A stretch of DNA of 62,048 nt from positions 744,001 to 806,048 of the forward strand of contig ML978134.1 in assembly GCA_010015805.1 (NCBI GenBank), in the 5' to 3' direction. Position numbers and translations under genes: made by a program. Source of the DNA: Rhizodiscina lignyota. Its lineage: Eukaryota. The notes below the pieces were generated by a model. That model was not told the origin of the DNA, made no database searches, and saw only the letters and a program-made list of their open reading frames with translations. Below are positions 1 to 11,631 of the stretch, piece by piece; within the stretch, counting starts at the first letter, position 1; each line of letters begins with the position of its first letter.

Positions 1-3000
1 AACTGCGAGGAAATTCTACGCAATCCTTCTGCCTAGCAGATGACTCATGGCTTGGTTTGCTTTTCACTGGCATTTGATTTTCACACGGCGTTTCATCAGG
101 ATGGGATGGCTATCTTGCTTTCTCCACACGCGTTTCTTCTTTGGCTCTTCTCTTTAGTCGCTGCTTTTGCGCTATATACCCCAGCCTTTTTAATTGCATT
201 TTCGTGCGGGTGTCTGTCAAAAGTCCTTTTACGCTTGTACAACTAGTCGCATCGTCTGGGATCTCACGGCATTGCATCTTTCTCATGGGCCTTTCTCTCA
301 TACATCACGGCGGGCTGGTGTCATCCGGAATGCCGTCAGCGCTCTCTTCGTCATGCTTGAGTCATCGGGTCGATGATATTTGGGACTTGCATTGCTAGGG
401 CACTCAAAAGTTGGAAATACCCCCTTTCAAAGACTGTTTGGCTTCTGTTCTTCAGACTGGACATCATAGCGACGGATGGGATAGGGGTACACTGTGTATT
501 TTGGTCATGTTGTCTTGCTAGCAAATATAATACATCCTCATTGGCCTTCAAACTCGACGTGTGCCAACTTGACTGACTCGACTTATGCTTTTGTGACGTG
601 TGCGGCCCTCCTCCTATCTCGCTATCAAATTACCCCTCTTTTCTTCGGCTGCCATGTTTCCCAGGTGCGCGATATGCCCCACGCGAGAACGGACGTTACT
701 CCTCCTCCTGCGTGCCGTTTCGAAACGTCCCCGTCCCCTCCCGCTCTGCCTTTTTGCCTGTTCTTAAACCTGGGAGCCCACCCGTTCACACGGCATCACG
801 ATTCGTGAAACCGTCCACCTTCGCTTCTGCTTTCGTCCTCCACCATTGTCATTGCCCGGCCGCACACCTCCGCGACCTTCTATCCGCTTGGAACCATCCC
901 TCTGCATTTTTAGCACGCTTTCAGCCTCGGCGCGTGGACATGTGCGTGGGCATGTCCATTCACATACGTGTTCTTCGCACCGTATCTGCACTCCCTCGTA
1001 CGCGTCGCCCAATTCGCCATCCGCCCTCGATGACTGGGTTACCAAAACCACATACGTCCAATGCGGCAAGACACTCGACAAGGTGTCACCCATTCCACCA
1101 TCCAGCTCGCTCGGAAGGATGCGGCAGCCCCTGTATCCGGGCCTCAGATGCATCTTACTATAGGGCGGCGCAGTGGGTTATTACTAACGCTCCTTGAGGA
1201 TTACGCCGGCGCTGCGAACGTCAATTGGCCATAACTCGCCTAGAATGCAATCGAAGGTTCGGGAACCCCAGCACGATGCTTACGCGTGGTGAAAGTCCGC
1301 CTATAGCGATTGCACGAAGAAGTAAGGTGTGGCTCCCGGCGGCTGACGAACATTGCAGATGGTGGACAGGGTAAGATGCTTATTCGCGATTCCAACTGGC
1401 TCAGCCTTACGGCTACCTGCAGTGGAACTGTTGCTATTTCTTCCTGTGAGGCTCGCGAGCGGTAGTGGAAATAGGTAAGGCGTCACTGCAGTAATACTGT
1501 CTTGATATGGACATCTTGGGCGCTGGGGGCTGTTGCCGTTGTTGCCGCGAACAGCACACTCCCCCATTCGGTCTGTATGCGACATCTCCCATTATCGCAA
1601 CTGTTTAAATGCTCCGGATGGCTGTGGATATGCAGATGTCATAGATGCTGCATGGTCGAGCTACCCGATGCCTGTGCTCCGCGTTGGATGTACAGTATCG
1701 ATTTTTGCTCTTTCTGTTATTTCCCCATTGTGACGATCGGTCGGATGGTCTTACATGTGAACCGCGAGATACTTTACGGATTGGAATTGTACTACACACC
1801 GTTCTCGATAAAGTAACTATTTTCAGGTGGCGCTGTGTTCCCCGGCATTGTGCTCCCCCACGTTGGAATTGAGCCTCGAGATTTCCATGTCATTTTGCTC
1901 GAACGGCAGTGGAAGCGTACAGGGCGGCTCATCCGTCTCCACCATATTCAAAGCTGAGATGATTTTTCTTTTGTGATAGGCTTTTTAACCGCGAAATGAT
2001 GCGAAGACTGGTGCTCTGGATGGACGTCGAGGGTATCACAAGGTCCCGCAGCAGCTCGGCGTGAGACGTGAGAAGTCCAACTTTGCGAGAGTTGGTGATC
2101 CTCGTGAACACAGTTCGTGTCGGTATCCAGGCATTTTCTCAAACTTGAGCTTCTGCGATATCGCGCTGGCCTATCAGATGTCTCATGAAAGCCCATGAAG
2201 GCTCCGTGCCCTCAGCTTTCTCACACCTCTCTCGCGTGGCGGGCAAGACATGTGCCACACCCTTCTCTTGTGTTCCCCACAGGGACCTCCCAGCCGTAGA
2301 TCGGAGGTCGCCGCAGGTTGATCACGTTCAAGATCCTCTGGCACTGGAATCGAGGTCGCACTTTGGCTGCGGTGGCTTGTCAGAGAGTGCTCCACGACTT
2401 GCGGGCCGATGGCGCGCCCCTGCATCTCACTCGCCATTGTGACCTGTGACCACGAGAATGCCTCTCTATCACAGCAGCCTCTGTATTGTAAATCTCAAAG
2501 GGACAGCCTTCCCCACAAGCTGGCGGCTCTCGGCTTCACTGGAATGCGAGTCAGACGGACAGCTCTCCGCATCTCATCGTTGATCAGGCCAGACAAAGAA
2601 ACAATCGGGCATGAAACGAAACAAAAAACAAACCTTCCATTATGTGCTGCTCGCAGATCGGGGCCCAGGTTCCTCCCTCACTCTTCCTTGCATCCGGGGC
2701 GTTCTCTGACCGAAGCGGCTTGCTGCAGCATGCGGGTGCGTAACGTAACTTGCATTACATTAGATTCCGCTCCGCCGCAAGGTACCAAGATCGTAACTTA
2801 GTGTTTCCTCACCGGTGAAGTGATGTGCAATGCACGCCACCATGCTGCAAGGCCTTAACTTAACGTCCGTTTCCCCAACTTTCCGCCGCAGACTCCACTC
2901 CACGATAAGTTGTACCATGGGGGCCCATGTGCGACCAGACCGAGGAACGTTGATCTGGAGGCTCACCTGCGTGGAGTGGGGAGTCATGGTCTGATGTTGA

Positions 3001-3714
3001 TCAGGTGCGGGCTGGTCCCGTGAGATCGCGGAGGATTCCTGAGACAGACATGTCTAGGACGCGCGTGGGGAGCATAGGATTGATGGTCATGAGGCTCGTG
3101 GAGGGCAGGGTATTGTGGTTGATGTAATATCTCTATTTCTTCTTTCAGTCGAGTGTCTGGCGGTGAGAGCATTATAGCAATTATACGCTGTTTTGTTAAA
3201 CATTAACGGTGTGGAGACTTGTGACCTGCTCAGCACATGGGCATGATAATTGGTAATACATGTCGTGACTTGATCAAACGAGATTATTCGATTGCAAACA
3301 AATTTCATAGGATCCTGACAGTTTCGTCTCCTTATGGCTCGGTCATACATACCTCCTAAGATCGCGGACAAATCGTTGGACACCAATTGGATACCACGGT
3401 GTCTGTTCTTCATGTACCGATCATGTTATTTCGGCTATGGCGCAGCAAGACTGCTAGTGCTAGAATACACAAGAAGGACCAGGCGAGAAAACTGTACTCC
3501 GTAGGCTGTACTCGAACATACGACGCGGGACATTGAACTCCAAGCAGAGGCTAGAAACATGCTACGCAGAAGAAAGCGCTGCCACCCAAGCCTGACTACC
3601 ATTCGTACATGCACGGGATATTGAGTTCCATATCCAACAGCGCCGGACCTGCCAGATCGAAGCTTGAAACGGGACTAACGCCATTGACAGAGGAAATGTG
3701 GAGTGAGCAAGCAA

Positions 3715-4840
3715 CTACGCCGTTGCAGCATCAGTAGCATGGGCAGTTGACGAATGATTAAACATTGGCGCATCATGCCCGTACACCTGCTTAAATTCAT
3801 CTTTGTAGCGCTGGATGTCTGTCTCATAGAGATCTTTATACTTCTGCAATGCTGTCAGACCTCATGCCATCTTCAATCTGCTATCTCAGGGCGCGAAACT
3901 CACCTGCTTCTCACTCGGGCTCAATGCTTTGAATTCGCTCGTAATCAACTTCGAACTTTCACCGAAGCTAATCGCCTTGAAATCTCCACTAGCAAAGCGA
4001 TCTACAATGTACTGGCTGTAGACTGTAGTGGGCCGCTTGACTTGCCTCTCATCATGGATTAGTGAATATGCGTTGCTGCCCTTCTTTGGTTTCAACAGAG
4101 TTTTCAGGCGTCGCCGTGCGAGTTGTGCTTGTCGAATTGCTTCCGGAGTATGCGATTCAACCCAGTTCTTGTACTCGACTTCGTTCGCAGACTTGTTCTG
4201 GTTGGCAAGATGGTTGTAATGCTATCCAATTGTCAGCACGCGACGTACAGATATAGGGTGGAACGACTCATACCTCTTTCTCTGATGGGGTCAATGCCCT
4301 ATACTTCTCCGAATTCTCCTTTATAGTACCGCCTAGTTGTGCCGGAATAGTACCCTTTGGCATATTCTCCGAATTAAAGACGGTCCATGCCGTATATGGC
4401 TTCTTCTTCGGCTCTTTCCCCAGCAATGCCGTCTTCTTCAGGGCGCGTAGTTCCTTTACCTTCTTCTTCTCTGCCGCAGCCTCCTTCTCTTCTTTTGTCA
4501 AGACCTTGCGCTTGGGCGCTTCCTTCTCTTTCGTTGCTGCGGCTTTGGTCTTAGGCGATGCTCTCTTCTTCGCTGGTGTCTCGGTTGCGGCAGAACGAGT
4601 GCGGGTCTTCGCGGCCTTTTCGCCAGGTGAACCTTTCTTGGGACGGCCGACGTGGTGCACTGTGGTGGCAGTGTAGGAGCGCGTGAGGGGAAGCAGTTGT
4701 GCACGAGAGACTCCTACTAGGCTGGCGACATTGTTGGAGAGGTGGACGCGGCGGAGATGGCGAGCTAGATGTGTGACGTCGGTTGTTGATTGTTTGGTAG
4801 CTTCGCTGGCGAGGCGTCCGAAGACACCACGGCAGAGCAT
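3715..4840 (-). CDS. Two-HMG-box DNA-binding protein, probably mitochondrial (Abf2/TFAM-like architecture)
   Basis: ATG at 4840 (MLCRGVFGRL..., Arg/Ser-rich presequence-like N-terminus), then a Lys-rich linker, box 1 (EPKKKPYTAWTVF...YRALTPSEKE) and box 2 (VKRPTTVYSQY...FKALSPSEKQKY). GT-AG introns 4273-4222 and 3903-3844, each with a CTGAC branch site, keep the frame to TAG at 3717-3715. Confidence 0.85.
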
Positions 4841-5311
4841 TGCAGGTTCAATGCCAAATAAGGTGTTGTCTGAGACAGGTGGTGCAGTGAGATCTTGAAG
4901 AGAGTAATTGGCACGAGAAAAACGGTCGTTCGCTGTGTGCTCTGGCGGAGTCTCTGAGAGGAGTACTGTCGCGTGAATCAAGGGAGTGGGTGGCTGGGTA
5001 GCTTGAGCGTAGTTGGCTTAGCGGGCTCCAGCATGGACACAGCTCCAGGCGCATGCGGGCTGGGATTCATCGGATTATAGTTTTTCCGGCCGTCGGCCTG
5101 GATGTTCGGCGTGGAGAATCTCAGCCCCGCGCGCCACGCTACCTATCTTAAACGGACCCTTGTTTACTGCATAGCTGATCCTGCAACCTCGATTCCTTCT
5201 TCAAACACCAACTTTCTCCAACCACTCACCTCACAACCCAACCAGCTCACAATCCACACCAGAACTCTCGACATACTAAAAGTACAGTCTCTCCCGGCGT
5301 TTGTCCGCGAC

Positions 5312-8300
5312 ATGGCGCGTCGCGGAGAAGGAACTCGCTCACCGTCGCCCACAGGTTCAAGTCACTCAGGACGGCGAGGTCGACGCGAGGACGATCGATA
5401 CACGAGAGATCGGCGAGACGAGAAGGGCTTTCGCAGCCGCCGGAGCCGATCGCGAAGCCGAGAAGTAATTAGAGCGCCTTACAACATGAACAACGCGAGG
5501 GATGCTAATGGTGTTCCCTATCAGCGCCGCCACTATGGCCGCGAGCACGATGGATACCGCCGCACCGTAGACCGCCGGGATGATGATTCCTACCGTGCGG
5601 GTCGACGAGATCGCTCTCGCGAGCGGCGCCGTTCACGATCGCCTGTCAAGAATAGGGAACCTGACCGCGATCGGAGGTACAGAAGCAGAGAGCGGGACAA
5701 CCGTGGCAAGCGAGATGATTCTAGAGATAGACGCAATGGTGACCGTCACACAGAACGAGATGCTCCCGCTGGCAAGTCAGAGGTAATAATTCAAGTCACC
5801 CTCGCTGCCGACTCAAACACAAACCCGCTGACGTCATACCCTCAACAGTCCACGTCGAACAAGCAAGCCGAGGAAGAAAAGAAGAAGGCCGAAGACGAGA
5901 AGAAGAAGCAAGCTGAGCGCCTGGCCAAGCTAGAGGCCTGGAAAGCGAAGCATGCTGCCGCCAAGCAGAAGGAGCAAAAAGCTACTGCTGCGGACACTCG
6001 GTCACCTCTTCCGGACGTAGACAAAAAGACGACCCCTGCCACGTCCCCGCCGGCATCATCTGCTGCGCCAAACGGCATCGTACGTCCCGAACCGGCGTCA
6101 TACGCCGGCAAATTCGATCCGAAAGCGATTGCCAAAAAGAAGGGTGCTAGCAATGCCACTGTGAAAGCGGCTCTTGGCGATGATGTCTTGGTGCCGTCGA
6201 AGAATCGTCTAGCCAGCATCTCCAAATTTGGTACCTTGTCAGTTTCGGCTACTGATGTGAAAGGTTCTGCGCGAGACAATGTGTCTAGTGAGTATTCCTG
6301 TTCTTGCTGTTCTTGGCTACTAATGTTACCTTCACTTGGTGAAGTCTCTAGTATCCGCCCCCTCAAGGCAAAGGGCAACCTTAGTGGCTTCGGCTTCGGA
6401 AGCAAAGCTGCACCCGATAACAACGCTTCTGCTTCGAAGCAAGGTCTTGACTTGGCTGAAGAAGAGACCACACGTCGCAAGCTAGAGAGGCTGCCAAGCC
6501 CACCTCCAGGTGCCAAGGACGACGATGCTGTCAATACCAACGGCATTGAAGAAGATGTAGATGACGCTGATGAGGATATGCAAGACGGAGGCACCGAGGA
6601 AGAAATGGCTGCAGCAGCTAGAGCTGCAGCTGAGATGCGCGAGAATCGCTGGGATGCCGAGGACCCTGTCGAGCCGGTCGACGGAGGTGGCGACATCCAG
6701 ATGACCAACGCACAAGAGACGACTTCGAGCGAAGCTGTCGCAGAGGAAGAAGTTGATCCACTCGACGCTTTTATGGCTGGGCTCGCCGACACCTCTACTC
6801 GTCCAGGCAACCTAGGATCCCAGACGATGTCCCGGAAGCGTCCGCGCCAGGAGCCGGAGGCTATATTCAGCGACGCAGAAGACGTTGACATGGTCGCAGT
6901 CGGTGACGCGGATGATATACTCGGCCTTACCGAAAAGAAGAAGAAAAAGGATATCCCGACGACTGATCATTCCAAAATAGCTTACGAACCATTTCGCAAA
7001 AACTTCTTCACCGAGCCTAGTGAGATTGCGGAGATGACGGAAGAGGAAGTCGCAGCTCTTCGTCTCGAGCTCGGCGACATCAAAGTCGATGGGAAAAACG
7101 TGCCCAGACCAATCACGAAGTGGGGCCAGTGTGGCTTGAGTTTCAAAACGATGGATCAAATTGAGAGGCTAGGCTTCGATGAGCCCACGCCCATTCAATG
7201 CCAGGCTATCCCTGTCATTATGTCTGGACGAGATGTCCTTGCTGTCGCTAAGACAGGCTCTGGCAAAACAATGGCCTTTCTATTGCCCATGTTCCGACAT
7301 ATCAAAGACCAGAGACCACGCGACAAGAGGAGGAATGAGGGTCCGATGGCTTTGATTCTAGCTCCTACTCGCGAGCTGGTAGTTCAAATTTTTAGGGAGT
7401 GTAGACCTTTCGCAAGAGAACTCGACTTCCGCGTCGTGTGTGCCTACGGTGGATCCTCCATTAAGGAACAGATTGGGGAGTTGAAGCTTGGTGCCGATGT
7501 CGTTGTTGCTACACCAGGGCGGATGATCGACCTACTGGCTTCAAATTCAGGTCGTGTGACTAATCTTCGTCGCATCACGTACGTTGTCTTGGATGAAGCA
7601 GATCGTATGTTCGACATGGGCTTCAGGCCGCAGATAAAGAAGATTCTTGAGAATACCCGACCAGATCGCCAAACAGTCTGTTTTTCCGCCACATTCAGGG
7701 AAAAGCTGGAGGGTTTAGTGAAAGAGGAACTGAAGGACCAGATCAATATCCGCGTCGGAGGTGGACTGGCTGTCCCACCAGAGATTACGCAGATTGTGGA
7801 GATCATCCCTGAAGAAAAGAAGCCAAACCGCCTTCTACAAATACTCGGCGAAGAATTCAGCAGAAACGACGACACGCGGATCCTGATATTTGTCCAGCGC
7901 CAGGAGAAGGCAGGCCAGATCATATCGGAACTCTTTGCCAAAGGCTACGGGTGTAATGCTATTCACGGAGGCAATGATCAATCCGACCGGGAAGAGGTCA
8001 TCAAGGATTTCAAGGCCGGCGTCGTGCAAATAGTGATCGCCACTTCTGTCGCCGCTCGCGGTTTGGACGTCAAGGAGCTTGCGCTTGTCATCAATTACGA
8101 GTGCCCAGATCATGTCGAAGATTACATCCATCGTGTAGGCAGAACGGGCCGTGCAGGTAGCAAGGGCACAGCTGTCACCTTCGTTACGGACAAGGAAGAA
8201 AACTCATTTATATGGTTGAAGAGAGTCTTGGTGGCATCGAACATGCCCGTTCCCGAAGAGCTGCTCGAACTTGCCAAGAAAATCAAGAAGAAGATCGATA

Positions 8301-9022
8301 ACAAAGAGACCAGGTACCAAAGAGGCGGCTTCGGCGGTAAGGGCCTGGAACGTTTTACTAAAGACCGCGATGAGGCAAAGAGCCGCGAGCGGGCCCTCTT
8401 CCGGAATGATGATGATCCAGACACGGATGAGGAAGAGGAGAAGAAAGACGAAGCCGTGCTCAAGATCACGGCAGGTCCAAGCGTCCAAGCGAAAGATTCA
8501 CCTACACAACCAGCTGCCCAGCTGGCACCCGGCCTCCCGAGTCTGGACGGTGAGATCATCGTTACGAAGACTGAGGCACCAGCAGCGTCGACATCAAATA
8601 ACCCTCTCGACAAGGTCAAGGCTGCTGTCGCGTCGATTGATGATCGTCTCACGAAGCGTGGTCAGCTTCGGCCCGGCCAGCCGATCGACAACAAGGGGCC
8701 TGACGCTGGTGCCTTTCATGCCACGCTTGAAATCAACGACTTCCCCCAGAAGGCGAGGTGGGCTGTCACCAATCGTACGAACGTCTCGAAGATCCTGGAC
8801 GCTACGGGCACGTCCATCACCACGAAGGGCAGCCACTATCAGCAGGGTGTGGAGCCACCTGAAGGCAGCGAGCCGAAACTGTACATCTTGGTGGAAGGCG
8901 ATACCGAGCTTGCGGTTACCGAGGCGATGATGGAGTTGCGCCGCTTGTTGAGGGAAGGTGCGATTGCGGCCGCGGCCGCCGAGGCGAAGGCCCCCACGAC
9001 GGGCAGGTACAGTGTGGTTTGA
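5312..9022 (+). CDS. PRP5: Pre-mRNA-processing DEAD-box RNA helicase Prp5 (DDX46)
   Basis: RS/RD-rich N-terminus, DPLDAFM motif, Q motif (PTPIQ), AKTGSGKT, PTRELV, TPGR, DEAD, SAT, ARGLD and HRVGRTGR, plus the C-terminal KH-like region LEINDFPQKARW. Predicted introns 5465-5524, 5783-5848 and 6288-6344. Confidence 0.95.
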   Translation: MARRGEGTRSPSPTGSSHSGRRGRREDDRYTRDRRDEKGFRSRRSRSRSREVIRAPYNMNNARDANGVPYQRRHYGREHDGYRRTVDRRDDDSYRAGRRDRSRERRRSRSPVKNREPDRDRRYRSRERDNRGKRDDSRDRRNGDRHTERDAPAGKSEVIIQVTLAADSNTNPLTSYPQQSTSNKQAEEEKKKAEDEKKKQAERLAKLEAWKAKHAAAKQKEQKATAADTRSPLPDVDKKTTPATSPPASSAAPNGIVRPEPASYAGKFDPKAIAKKKGASNATVKAALGDDVLVPSKNRLASISKFGTLSVSATDVKGSARDNVSSEYSCSCCSWLLMLPSLGEVSSIRPLKAKGNLSGFGFGSKAAPDNNASASKQGLDLAEEETTRRKLERLPSPPPGAKDDDAVNTNGIEEDVDDADEDMQDGGTEEEMAAAARAAAEMRENRWDAEDPVEPVDGGGDIQMTNAQETTSSEAVAEEEVDPLDAFMAGLADTSTRPGNLGSQTMSRKRPRQEPEAIFSDAEDVDMVAVGDADDILGLTEKKKKKDIPTTDHSKIAYEPFRKNFFTEPSEIAEMTEEEVAALRLELGDIKVDGKNVPRPITKWGQCGLSFKTMDQIERLGFDEPTPIQCQAIPVIMSGRDVLAVAKTGSGKTMAFLLPMFRHIKDQRPRDKRRNEGPMALILAPTRELVVQIFRECRPFARELDFRVVCAYGGSSIKEQIGELKLGADVVVATPGRMIDLLASNSGRVTNLRRITYVVLDEADRMFDMGFRPQIKKILENTRPDRQTVCFSATFREKLEGLVKEELKDQINIRVGGGLAVPPEITQIVEIIPEEKKPNRLLQILGEEFSRNDDTRILIFVQRQEKAGQIISELFAKGYGCNAIHGGNDQSDREEVIKDFKAGVVQIVIATSVAARGLDVKELALVINYECPDHVEDYIHRVGRTGRAGSKGTAVTFVTDKEENSFIWLKRVLVASNMPVPEELLELAKKIKKKIDNKETRYQRGGFGGKGLERFTKDRDEAKSRERALFRNDDDPDTDEEEEKKDEAVLKITAGPSVQAKDSPTQPAAQLAPGLPSLDGEIIVTKTEAPAASTSNNPLDKVKAAVASIDDRLTKRGQLRPGQPIDNKGPDAGAFHATLEINDFPQKARWAVTNRTNVSKILDATGTSITTKGSHYQQGVEPPEGSEPKLYILVEGDTELAVTEAMMELRRLLREGAIAAAAAEAKAPTTGRYSVV

Positions 9023-9034
9023 GGAGCGTGTTGC

Positions 9035-9280
9035 ACAGGGGCTTTTGCTCCGCTTTGTGATGGGGTACATGCGAGAACGATTCGAGGACCCGTTTCAGGA
9101 CGGTAAGGATTGATCTTGTGGACTGTGGCTTTCTTCAACTTCGACTACGATATGATCCTTGTGCAGGAGCTTTTGCTTCGCTCAATGGATAGAGGTACAT
9201 GCGAGAACGATTCCGAGGACCCGTTTCATGACGGTGAGGCTTGGTCTCGCTCATTGGGTTTTCTTTTCAACTTCAACCAC
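9035..9280. repeat. Imperfect tandem duplication (~130 bp period) downstream of PRP5
   Basis: GGTACATGCGAGAACGATTC(C)GAGGACCCGTTTCA(G/T)GACGGT(A/G)AGG occurs at ~9064 and ~9194. Both copies are preceded by CAGG(G/A)GCTTTTGCT(C/T)CGCT and followed by TTCAACTTC. Confidence 0.85.
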
Positions 9281-9413
9281 ACACTGTAAAAAAGTTCGAT
9301 CGATGATCATCCCAAAAACGACCTCGTCATAGTACTGGCCCATTCGGTACAGGGCAGCACTGATGACAAGGGCAATGGGATGAGCTAGATACCAAATTCA
9401 AAAATGGCTTTGT

Positions 9414-9628
9414 CAACCTTGCTCTTTAGATTTCAATTTCTGCCTAGTGAGACAACCCCATGGATGGAAGGCAGTGGCTTTTAACGCACAATGGCAAAGA
9501 CTAGGCTTCATGTATCAATCGAGAAAACCTTCGGTAACATGGGGTCCGGTTAGTAAGCTTGAATGTTCACCAGTGAATCTGGGTTGGCTGAAAGGCTGTT
9601 ACACAGCATAACAATGATTGTTGGCCCC
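9414..9628. repeat. Dispersed direct repeat, copy 1 (upstream of the 9827 gene)
   Basis: Collinear blocks shared with 11246-11490: TTGCTCTTTAGA(T/C)TTCAATTTCTGCC, AGTGAGACAA, ATCGAGAAA(A/C)CCTTC, ACATGGGGTCC, AGTAAGCTTGA, TTCACCAGTGAATC, GGCTGAA(A/G)GGCTGT. Confidence 0.85.
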
Positions 9629-9826
9629 TTGGCGGTCCGTCATATCTCAAAGTGCGCAAAAATTCTGCGGGCTTCCTGAACATTCAGCGCCATCTCTCCT
9701 GCCATGGTAAAATCAATTCAGTAGCTTGTGCTCTTCTCTGAATTTGGCCTCTTTCCTGTTCTTCAGCTCTTCAAACAACTTCCCGCTTAACCAGGTCGAG
9801 CTCTGCTTCACATCTTCCCTTGGATC

Positions 9827-11057
9827 ATGGCGTACTCCCCAGTTGAGAAACGACGGGTTTACCTTGCATGCCGAGCCATTTTTGCTGGAGGCAATGCTCA
9901 GGTACGAAAGGCGAAGAAGATTCGAGAACTTGTGGACGAGCACAAGAAAGCTCTGTCACCCCTAATCAGAGATTATGGCGTTGATAAAGTCGCCGCTATT
10001 CTTAAGAAATTACTGGAACAGGGCATCTTCCAATTCCAGGTGAAGGCCAAAATAGAATTCCCAGAACTTTTCCAGTCATCTCCTGCTCGCGATGTGCAGC
10101 GTGCATCATCAGAGGCTGATGCGGCTCTCTCTGAGGCAGCGGCCTTGGAAGAAATCGAGTCATTGGAGGATATCGGTGATGAAATTGATGGAGATGAAGT
10201 TGAGCCTCTAAAGGAGCCCTCCGAGATTGCTGAAGGTGCTTGTAGTAAGCTCACGGATTGCTCCAGGCAGGTTTGCAGAAACTAAACGCTCTTCAGATCC
10301 TGCCGAACCGCCATTTGATAATATGCCTTCGCTATACCCCTCGTACCTCCCGTACCGCGCTCAACACCTGATCCTTACCGCGGCACAGCGGGTCCTTGAG
10401 GAGTGCTGTTTCAAGTTTGCTGAAACATGGCTATCGCCAATACTCATAGGTCGTGGATGGGACTGTCCTGAGGCTGTGGAGCTAACTAAGTGGACACGGA
10501 TCTTAGCTAAGCCCTCCGCGTCCACGAACCTCCCAACGCATGCGCTGAAACTAGACGGCTCTCGACTCCAAGATGTGCTCTTTGCGACGAATAAACTGCG
10601 GCACACAGCAGTTCATCGGCTGCCGACTACTGCTCGAGGCATCACCCACATGATTGAATCAGCTCTGAAATTGGCAGAAGCTCTCCAAGATCCTCTGCGC
10701 ACAGCTCAACTAGAGGAACTCCATTACGAAATTGACAGTAAGATTAAAGCCATGGAGCTTGATAAGAACGTTCTAGAAAACGACCTCACTCAGAAGCTGA
10801 AAGAGATTCGTCGACAGCGCGAAGAACTTGACAGGGAGGAGAAAGACGCCGTAGCTAGCGTGGTAAGGAGAGATTTGGAGAACAAATCATTAATAGGAAT
10901 TTTGCTTGAAGAGTCCGTGAAGAACATTTTCGCAGAGCAAGGCACGCAACCTGTGGGACCTGGGGAAGCCCAAGATGACGCAGAAGTCAACTTGCACAAT
11001 AATGAAGTGAATGAGTGTGAGAAAACGGCTGATGGGGCCAGCGAGAAGTCCGTGTGA
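9827..11057 (+). CDS. Hypothetical protein with a HEPN-like RxxxxH motif and a C-terminal coiled coil
   Basis: ORFs 9827-10285 and 10227-11057 join in frame through an intron at about 10245-10296 (GTAAGC...CTAAAC...TTCAG). Contains LFATNKLRHTAVHR followed by a heptad-rich helix (LELDKNV-like MELDKNVLENDLTQKLKEIRRQREELDREE). Confidence 0.75.
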
Positions 11058-11245
11058 GAGGAAGAAGCGAATACGAGCAAGACGATTGCCGAGAGCCTCT
11101 CCAGTCGAATCGTTTCTGGGCGATGATTATCTTCAAGAACACAGTCTCGCCGCATATGCTTTCCTCGCAAATATCCTTTCTCAATCACCATTCGCGATTA
11201 CTATTTGCAATGCATTGTAATACAGGCGTGCAATCCTTGCACCGC

Positions 11246-11490
11246 CAACCTTCTTGCTCTTTAGACTTCAATTTCTGCCCCAGTGAGACAAGCTCTTTTT
11301 GGGGGGGAAGTTTATGACACCTTCGAGACAGCCACGCGCAATAGCAAAGTCTAAGGTTCTAGGCTCCATATCCATCGAGAAACCCTTCAATGACATGGGG
11401 TCCAGTCAGTAAGCTTGAGCTTTCACCAGTGAATCGAGGTCGGCTGAAGGGCTGTGGTGCAACATAAACATCTGCACCTGTCGTTGGCCG
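11246..11490. repeat. Dispersed direct repeat, copy 2 (upstream of the 11632 gene)
   Basis: Diverged copy of 9414-9628, same orientation. Confidence 0.85.
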
Positions 11491-11631
11491 CTGCAAATGC
11501 CCCTCGCTGCACGGCATCTCTGCCGGAAATTCCAGCCTTGTTCTCCAAGTCTGGGTAAGGTAGGTATTTCATCTCTTCTCTCTCGTTTTCCTATCAGTAA
11601 AGCCATCCGTGTCCGTACCATTATCCGGAAA

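Noticed and set aside
1..3700. Many 60-200 aa ORFs on both strands
   Set aside because: No recognisable domain or coherent exon chain was found; treated as intergenic or degenerate sequence.
5842..8652. Long antisense ORFs over PRP5 (similar ones overlap other genes)
   Set aside because: They are explained as reverse-strand shadows of codon-biased real genes.
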